Notes under the pieces: generated by a model
The model's database searches: none
Told to the model about the DNA's origin: nothing
What the model saw: only the letters and a program-made list of their open reading frames with translations
In this document: piece after piece, positions 57,759 through 64,000 of the stretch
Layout: each line of letters begins with the position of its first letter
Numbering within the stretch: position 1 is the first letter of the stretch
Assembly (NCBI GenBank): GCA_039820525.1
Contig: JBCBPY010000005.1
Span: 89,764-153,763 of the forward strand
Length of the DNA stretch: 64,000 bases
Direction: 5' to 3'
From: Cyanobacteria bacterium J06634_5
Lineage (GTDB): Bacteria; Cyanobacteriota; Cyanobacteriia; Phormidesmidales; Phormidesmidaceae
Program-made: the position numbers and the translations under genes

Positions 57759-60700
57759 TTACAGAATTTCGATCGTTCCCTGCTGGCCATCAATGCGAAC
57801 CCGTTGACCATCCGTGAATCTTTGAGTGGCGTCGGTCACATCCATGACCGCAGGAATGCCATATTCTCGCGCAATAATGGCACCGTGGGAGAGCTGACCG
57901 CCCACTTCTGCAATTAGCCCACCGATGCGCGCAAGCAAGGGAGACCAGCCCGCATCGGTGTAGGGAACCACTAAAATGGTGTGCGCATCGATGTTGACGG
58001 TGTTGGAAAGATCAGATAAGACGCGAATGGTTCCCTCAGCTTGCCCAGCACTGGCCCCAATTCCTCGCAGTGTGCCCGATCGCGTTTCCGAGGCCCGGGC
58101 TGCACGAAGCGCTAAGGAGGTGGCCGCGTTAGTCGCCGAAAGCACCTCAGCCGTTGGATTTCCGTACACTAGATAGGGCACTTTTTGCTCGCCCTGAACT
58201 TGCCATTGACGTTTGGCAAGTTCGACAGTGCGCTGTAGCTGCTCGGCAGACACAGGCGCTGCAACTTGAGTGCGAATAGCGACAGCCGTCAGGAAAAAGA
58301 TATCGCCAGGGCCCGCCAAATGGTGTGTGGCAAGCCAACGGTTTTCAAGTTCAACAAAGCAGCCTCTGAGGCTGGCCAGCAGTCGGTCGTAAACCTCTGC
58401 AACCTGGCCTTTGAGCGTGAGGCGTTTTTGAACTTGCCCAGCTTTCCAGCCGCTGGCTGACGGTTGAGTGGTTGAAGAAGACGCTTCGGTTGATGGGTTT
58501 GCAGCGTCATTGGGTGCCGGATTGAGCAAGTACTGGGCGAGCAGTTCGCGAACGGCGTGAGGAGATTCGCGCCAGGTGGGGATCGAAATATCGGTAGCCA
58601 CTTCGCTGAGGTAGCCGTACCGATTGAGGAAATGATCTAACTGCTCGAAAACGCGATCGCCTTCGGGATGCTCAGACAAAGCAGCAAAGAGAGCCGCACT
58701 GGTGGTGGGTGCGGTGGCTTCTGGCTGGAAATCCAGGTCGGGATTGAGGTCGGGCAGAAGCGATCGCAGCTGGGCAGCCATGGTTTTCAGCGCGTCTAGT
58801 GCTTTGACTTCTGGGGTGTGGCTGTTATCGAGTGTGGCTAGGTCTACTTTAAAGAGGGCCTGCCGCAGGGCTAGGCTCAGCGGGGCCAGGATGTTGTAGT
58901 AAGTGGCTTGCTCTAGCAGCGCTAAAATCTCGTCAACTCGGGTGAGTATTTCAGACTCTGTTAGCGCGCTCAGCTGAAGCGTTTTTGTCGCTGATTGTGC
59001 GGGTTCAAAAACGGTTTGATAATCATCGGCAAAGCGTTTGGGCAGACTCATTTCCTGCTGTAGCAGTCGCCAGAGTCCGGGGGTGTTGCGGAGGGTAACA
59101 GCCAAAGGCGGGCGGTTAAAAGAGGCCCCTCTAGTCAAAAATTCTAGGCTTTCGGCGGGGAGGCCCATGCGGGTGAACAGATCGCCCAGCAGGGTGGCGT
59201 TGAAGTAGGCCCTGGCAGCGTGCAGGGTGGCGGTTTCAGAAAAATCTATGCCGTTGGCGCGATCGCCCAAAACTGTCGAAAATAACGTGCCCCATACGCC
59301 ACAGGTCAGGGGTCGGTTAATCGACCAGGTGAGCGGACGAATAACGCCAGGGATGACTTCGGCGGCAATTTTGCGGGTCCAAATCGGCAGTAGCGTGGTG
59401 ATAGGACGGCTTTGCAATACCCAAAGCTGCTGGCCGTCGAAGGTCCATTCCATGTCTTGAGGCACGCCGTGGAAGCTGTTTTCAAGGTGGCGGGCAAGGT
59501 AGGCAACTTGCTGAATTAAGGCTTTAGGTGCTTGACCTGTGCTGCTGCCGATTTCTTGAACGGTGAGGTCTAACTCCGCTGGCAGCTGCCAGCTGTTGGC
59601 TGAATCGCGGGTGTCACTGGATGGATCACCGGCGCTGAGCGGGCCAATACCAATCTGGTAGCGTTCTGGTGTCACTTGCCCAGAGACTACGCGGCTGGCG
59701 TCACCGGCGAGGGCTTCTACGATCACAGCATCACCCGTGTGGGCCACCGGGTCTCGGCTAAAGGCGACGCCGGAGAATTCACCAAAGATATGAGGCTGCA
59801 CGAGGACGCTCATGTTGCCTTCGCCGATGTTATTAGTTTGGCGATAGCGAACGGCGCTGGGAGCGTTGTAGGCGTTGAGGCAAACGGTAATGGCTTGTTC
59901 TAGGGCGGCGGGGCTTTCGACTTGCGTCACAGAGACGTATTGACCGGCGGCGGAGGCGTTGGGGGTGTCTTCACCGATGGCAGAGGAGCGGACGACGACG
60001 GGGTCAGTCGGCGTGGGGGAGACGGCTTTGATAAGGGCGCTAGGGTCGTCGCCGGCGGGGAGGATGTAGCCTGGGGCGACGGGGTAGCCCCAGGCGTTGA
60101 GTTGTGAGAGGGTGGCGGCTTTGGGGCCGACTTCGGTGGGAGACAGGACGGTGGCGAGGGATTTTAGGGCGCGATCGCCTTGGAAGAAGCGGAACAGTCT
60201 GCGGGAGTCACTGGCGCTTTTCATGGGGGGAAGCTTTAGGTCGTCGGGGATTTTGCTGTAGATCCAGAAGACAAGGCCGCTGAGGCAGGCGACGGCCAGG
60301 ATGCGACCGCCTTGGGTGGGGTGGGCGAGGGCGGTGAGGACGGGCATGAGGACGAGGACGAAGAGTTTGCCTTCGTTTTTCATGCGGAGAATGGTGAAGC
60401 CAACGAAGCTGATGCCGAAGGTAAGGGTGGCGACTAAGGGGTCGTAGGTGAAAAAGCCCCAGGCGATGTTGGTGGTGCCTGCGCCTTGGGATCCCCAGTA
60501 GCGGCCCATGACGAGGAAAATGAGGGACAGCACGGGCCAGATGTCTGCGCTGTAGGCACTGCCGCCGAAGAAGTGGCGGGCGAGGAGGACGGCAAAAATG
60601 CCTTTGAGGGCTTCGGCGGTGACGGAACAGATGCCGGCGAGGGTGCCGCCGTGGTAGAAGGCGGCGGAGACGCTGGTGTTGCCGGTGCCGAGGGTTTTAA

Positions 60701-60803
60701 GGGTTTTGCCGGTGAGGAGGTGGACGATCCAGCCGGTGAGGGGGAGAGCGCCTAGGGCGGGGATGAGGGTGAAGATTAGGAGGGCGCCGAGGACTTGGGA
60801 CAT
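57759..60803 (-). CDS. Fusion protein: PlsY-like membrane domain plus PEP-utilising enzyme (PPDK_N ATP-grasp and C-terminal swivel-His domain)
   Basis: 1014 aa. The N-terminal ~195 aa are polytopic with the PlsY-like GTGNTSVSAAF...ALKGIFAVLLA. The middle has VVVRSSAIGEDT... (PPDK_N-like). The C-terminus has ILVVPYTDAGWSPLL...GGQLSHGAIIAREYGIPAV (mobile His domain). Confidence 0.7.
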   Translation of the reverse strand: MSQVLGALLIFTLIPALGALPLTGWIVHLLTGKTLKTLGTGNTSVSAAFYHGGTLAGICSVTAEALKGIFAVLLARHFFGGSAYSADIWPVLSLIFLVMGRYWGSQGAGTTNIAWGFFTYDPLVATLTFGISFVGFTILRMKNEGKLFVLVLMPVLTALAHPTQGGRILAVACLSGLVFWIYSKIPDDLKLPPMKSASDSRRLFRFFQGDRALKSLATVLSPTEVGPKAATLSQLNAWGYPVAPGYILPAGDDPSALIKAVSPTPTDPVVVRSSAIGEDTPNASAAGQYVSVTQVESPAALEQAITVCLNAYNAPSAVRYRQTNNIGEGNMSVLVQPHIFGEFSGVAFSRDPVAHTGDAVIVEALAGDASRVVSGQVTPERYQIGIGPLSAGDPSSDTRDSANSWQLPAELDLTVQEIGSSTGQAPKALIQQVAYLARHLENSFHGVPQDMEWTFDGQQLWVLQSRPITTLLPIWTRKIAAEVIPGVIRPLTWSINRPLTCGVWGTLFSTVLGDRANGIDFSETATLHAARAYFNATLLGDLFTRMGLPAESLEFLTRGASFNRPPLAVTLRNTPGLWRLLQQEMSLPKRFADDYQTVFEPAQSATKTLQLSALTESEILTRVDEILALLEQATYYNILAPLSLALRQALFKVDLATLDNSHTPEVKALDALKTMAAQLRSLLPDLNPDLDFQPEATAPTTSAALFAALSEHPEGDRVFEQLDHFLNRYGYLSEVATDISIPTWRESPHAVRELLAQYLLNPAPNDAANPSTEASSSTTQPSASGWKAGQVQKRLTLKGQVAEVYDRLLASLRGCFVELENRWLATHHLAGPGDIFFLTAVAIRTQVAAPVSAEQLQRTVELAKRQWQVQGEQKVPYLVYGNPTAEVLSATNAATSLALRAARASETRSGTLRGIGASAGQAEGTIRVLSDLSNTVNIDAHTILVVPYTDAGWSPLLARIGGLIAEVGGQLSHGAIIAREYGIPAVMDVTDATQRFTDGQRVRIDGQQGTIEIL

Positions 60804-61072
60804 GTGGGGCGGGGGCTTTAGGAAGAGGCAAAACGCAAGGCGGTAAGAGTCGGGGATTTCCTCCCCGCGCCCCTCCTCTGCTTGGAAGCTTGAGTTGCTG
60901 CTTGGGGCCTTACTCCCCCAAGCCCCCCGAACAAGAGGCTTGTCGCTGGGAGCCTAGAGTTCTTGCACCTGCGTGGATATGTGGATTCTGATCGGTTGGT
61001 TTTGTAATTTTAGGGCGGGTGGCTGGTTTTGGTTTGAAGGGCTCTAGATTTATTAATGATGTGGGTGAGTCA

Positions 61073-61119
61073 ATAAAAAAAGACATTGGCTTGGGGCTTG
61101 GGGCCGGACCAATGTCTTT
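61073..61119 (-). terminator. Intrinsic terminator downstream of htpX
   Basis: 11-bp perfect stem (61079-61089 / 61109-61119). On the minus strand it is followed by a T-run (plus-strand a74-a80). Confidence 0.65.
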
Positions 61120-61148
61120 GTCTGGGGTTGTGTAGAGGGTGAATTTGT

Positions 61149-62027
61149 TTAGATGCCGGAAGGAATGGAGCCTTTTGCGTCGAGGGTTTGTTCGATTTCT
61201 AGGAGGGCGGCGACGCGGTCTTCGGTAGCGGGATGGGTGGAGAAGAGGCTGCGGAACATTTGTTGGGGGAGGCTGTTGACAATCAACAGTGGGCTGAAGG
61301 CGGGGTTGGCGTCCATAGGGAGGCGTTGGGCGCTGGCTTCTAGGCGTTGGAGGGCGCTAGCGAGGGCTCTAGGGTTGCCAGTGAGTTTGGCGGCACCGGC
61401 GTCTGCGGCGTATTCGCGGGTGCGGGAGATGCCCATTTGAATGACGGTGGCGGCCATGGGGGCGAGGAAGATGGTGGCCATCAGGGCGATGGGGTTGGCA
61501 CCGCCGCCGTCTCTGTTGCGGTTACCGCCAAAGAACATGCTGTATTGGAGCATTTGGGCGAGGAAGGCTATGGCACCACCGATGGTGGCAGCAACGGCTT
61601 GGGTGAGGGTGTCGCGGTTGATGATGTGGGTGAGTTCGTGGGCGAGAACGCCTTCGAGTTCTTCGGTGCTGAGGGCTTTGACAATGCCTTCGGTGACGGC
61701 GACGGCGGCGTGTTCGGGGTCGCGGCCAGTGGCAAAGGCGTTAGCGGCGGCGCCAGGGACGACGTAGACGCCGGGCATGGGAATGTCAGCTTTTGTGGCA
61801 AGGCGCTCGACCATGCTGTATAACTCGGGAGCTTGCTTGCGGGTGACGGGCTGGGCTTTGTAGGCGGACAGGGCAATTTTGTCGGAGTAGAACCAGGAGC
61901 CGAAGTTGGTAACGGCGGCCATGACTAGGCCCAATATTGCGCCCGGGCCGCCGTAAAGGCTGTAGCCAATGACAACCAGGAGACCGGTGAGCAGGCCGAG
62001 TAGTGCGACTGTTTTAAGCTGACCCAT
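61149..62027 (-). CDS. htpX: Zinc metalloprotease HtpX (M48 family)
   Basis: 292 aa. HELTHIINRD zinc motif, four TM segments, and EYAAD. Confidence 0.9.
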   Translation of the reverse strand: MGQLKTVALLGLLTGLLVVIGYSLYGGPGAILGLVMAAVTNFGSWFYSDKIALSAYKAQPVTRKQAPELYSMVERLATKADIPMPGVYVVPGAAANAFATGRDPEHAAVAVTEGIVKALSTEELEGVLAHELTHIINRDTLTQAVAATIGGAIAFLAQMLQYSMFFGGNRNRDGGGANPIALMATIFLAPMAATVIQMGISRTREYAADAGAAKLTGNPRALASALQRLEASAQRLPMDANPAFSPLLIVNSLPQQMFRSLFSTHPATEDRVAALLEIEQTLDAKGSIPSGI

Positions 62028-62266
62028 AGCGGTATATCCTCAAAGTGCTTCAGATACGGTTGCAGCTTTGCTGGGAGCTCAGCTAGATCTATGACCTTAT
62101 AGCGTCTACCACAAGCTGTACGCAGAGTGTATCAAACTCAATTCGCTGGCCACCCTAGACGAAAGAAATATTTTTCAGGGAAAAGATCCTTTTGAACGAG
62201 GACTATCTGCGAAGTGCCATAATGCCTTTTATTTTTGAAAGGGGAGATGGCTATGCTGACAATTGA

Positions 62267-63229
62267 GTGATTGCGCTTTGTATGAGGCTGACAGCTTGTA
62301 CAGATGGCTTATGGATAGGATTTATAAAAATGATGACTGCAAATCGGTGGGTAGGTGGAACGGTAGCGGTTGAAGGTAGGCGGCGGCGGCTGGGTGCGAT
62401 CGCAGCAACGGCACTGATTTTCGCAGGAACCACGCTGCCTGCGATTGCCCAGATGACAGAACTACCGCAGGCAGCGCCCAAAGTAAGTCAAACAGCTACA
62501 GCGAGTGGATTAAGGGCAGGAACGCTGAGTGAAGCCGACCTTGAGCAAATCGTCGCTGAGGTCGTTGCGCAAGAAACGGCACAGTGGACCAAGGAAGAGA
62601 AGGCTGTCATGACGGCTGTCATGGAGCTACCGGTAGACGATGCCTACCTCATGAAGCTCAGTGAGCTTTCTGAAAGTGATTTACTCAAGGCGGTTAAGAA
62701 TGACGAGAAGCTGAGCGCTTTGAAGGCTGTGCCAATGTCTGACCAGGCGGCTAATAAGGTATTGCCAGCTGTCGCGGTTCGACTGGCGGCTTGGACTGGG
62801 GCCAGATTGGTCAGTGAGGTCACTGGCAGCGTCGTCACTGACCTTATTCAATTGTCTTTACCCAACATGCTGAGCATGTTTAATGCCCTTAGAGTGGGCG
62901 ATGTTGGCGAATTTCGCAGTTTGCTCTCCGAGGCCTTCACCAGTCGATCTTTTGTGACGGTCGTGGGGACTGCAGCGTCTTCTTTTTGTGATACCGCAAC
63001 TGTTGGCACAACGCCAAAAACCTGCCGTGCCTTTACCAGCGCGGCCCAAAGTGCCTTCAGACAGGCTAGAGGACGGTTCATGCAAAATTCTGAGTCCTCC
63101 TCTCAAAGCAATGGGACCTCTCCTCGTCGCAGGTTGCTCAGGTTCAGAGCCTCTGAAAACGCTGATAAGCGCGCAGTTCGCAACACAGTGCTTGCAGCAC
63201 CTGAGCCAGTGACTAACCCTGGCAAATAG
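62267..63229 (+). CDS. Hypothetical exported protein
   Basis: 320-aa ORF with a GTG start. A more likely start is ATG 62330 (MMTANRW..GRRRRLGAIAATALIFAGTTLPAIAQ), which looks like a twin-arginine signal. No family recognised. Confidence 0.4.
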   Translation: MIALCMRLTACTDGLWIGFIKMMTANRWVGGTVAVEGRRRRLGAIAATALIFAGTTLPAIAQMTELPQAAPKVSQTATASGLRAGTLSEADLEQIVAEVVAQETAQWTKEEKAVMTAVMELPVDDAYLMKLSELSESDLLKAVKNDEKLSALKAVPMSDQAANKVLPAVAVRLAAWTGARLVSEVTGSVVTDLIQLSLPNMLSMFNALRVGDVGEFRSLLSEAFTSRSFVTVVGTAASSFCDTATVGTTPKTCRAFTSAAQSAFRQARGRFMQNSESSSQSNGTSPRRRLLRFRASENADKRAVRNTVLAAPEPVTNPGK

Positions 63230-63345
63230 TCGGCAATCCCCCTTCGAGGCTAGTGGCCGAAGGTAACGGACGTGGAAACCCGCGATCGCGCTAAGCTAAA
63301 GCCAACTTATGTATGAATCCTCGCGGGTAAAAGGTGGGTTGGAGA

Positions 63346-64000
63346 GTGGCCAAAAACGTTAATCAACAGCTGTTATGGAAGCGCATTCGACGCAACCTGA
63401 CCTGGATGGCATTATTAGCATTTGTGTGGCTAATGTGCAGTGCGCAGGCAGCTGCGGGCAGCTTGACCGACCGGCAGCAATCTTTTCCAAACTGGACGAC
63501 CAAGCCACCGGTACAAATTTCTGAAGGTGACTTGGCGTATCCTCAATGGATGGCTGGCACGTGGAGAATGAACTCAACGCTAGTGGATATGGTTGCGCCA
63601 CTAGCCCCCGAGATCGTAACGCCGGGGTATGAGGGCAATAAGCAGTTTTTAGATAAGCCGATTCCAGCGGTGATCCGCTTTGTGAGCAAAACGGTCCCCA
63701 AAGGGCGATTTTTAAATCAGGTACTACCTGGCCCAGATGATGAGGTGCAGATTGTATCCGATCGCGCCTTCAACGGCCTGAGTTTGGCGCGGGCTTACCT
63801 GGGCGATGACTGGGTAAAAGCGGTGAAAGTTGACCCGGATAATCCCAACCGGCAAATTACGTTTTTAAAGGACAATCAGCAGCTGATTTCAACCGTGACC
63901 GGACGGACCGTTGAAGTGCCCAATCCAGGGGCCTTTGCCACAACAGAAGTTTTTCAGCAGTACTTTCGCAATCCGACAGGTCCCAACAGCAATGACGGAA
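63346..64000 (+). CDS. Conserved hypothetical exported protein, N-terminal part (runs off the right edge)
   Basis: Open frame to the window end, absent from the track. Candidate starts are GTG 63334/63346 or ATG 63406. Signal peptide WKRIRRNLTWMALLAFVWLMCSAQAAAG, then ...PNWTTKPPVQISEGDLAYPQWMAGTWRMNSTLVDMVAPLAPEIVTPGYEGN. Confidence 0.5.
   Translation, partial: MAKNVNQQLLWKRIRRNLTWMALLAFVWLMCSAQAAAGSLTDRQQSFPNWTTKPPVQISEGDLAYPQWMAGTWRMNSTLVDMVAPLAPEIVTPGYEGNKQFLDKPIPAVIRFVSKTVPKGRFLNQVLPGPDDEVQIVSDRAFNGLSLARAYLGDDWVKAVKVDPDNPNRQITFLKDNQQLISTVTGRTVEVPNPGAFATTEVFQQYFRNPTGPNSNDG

Noticed and set aside
61347-61823. Long plus-strand ORFs (61347-61823, 61441-61767, 60486-60755, 59922-60107) and a minus-strand alternative frame (61568-61876).
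   Set aside because: They are shadow ORFs inside htpX and the PlsY-fusion gene, produced by the GC-rich, stop-poor composition. Their Gly/Asp/Val-rich products have no motifs.

Overview
This window reads as a cyanobacterial chromosome segment. It carries plastocyanin petE, an unlisted psbX, Ycf19/Ycf51/Ycf66-type genes, and many copies of the HIP1 octamer GCGATCGC. Most of it is housekeeping or conserved-hypothetical coding sequence: a Crp-family regulator, a CobT-like gene, fructosamine kinase, an M16 peptidase, a NifS-like cysteine desulfurase, murG, purS/purQ, Fur and PadR regulators, acs, a DEAD-box helicase and htpX. The parts worth a second look are listed below.

- **tRNA-Cys cassette:** a 42-bp perfect duplication of the tRNA-Cys 3' half brackets a 1.3-kb cassette with no integrase, holding only a PIN-type toxin and its antitoxin.
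- **Polysaccharide cluster:** a ~14-kb Wzx/Wzy-type export cluster (about 30.5-44.7 kb) includes a sulfotransferase, two paralogous flippases and an unassigned HAD-like/polytopic-membrane fusion protein. Its core is poor in HIP1 and looks lower in GC.
- **Membrane-anchored fusion enzyme:** a 1014-aa protein joins a PlsY-like membrane domain to a PEP-utilising enzyme (ATP-grasp plus swivel-His domain).
- **Compositional block:** a ~2.2-kb stretch with strong G>C strand bias begins inside that fusion gene and runs through htpX.
- **Orphan terminators:** two strong terminator hairpins have no annotated gene to terminate, so they are candidate sRNA loci.
- **Short tandem duplications:** the window is littered with 12-24 bp tandem repeats. 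Their unit length is a multiple of 3 inside genes and any length between genes.

I found no CRISPR array, rRNA, transposase or reverse transcriptase. Every protein family call comes from motif recognition by eye, and none was confirmed by a database search.
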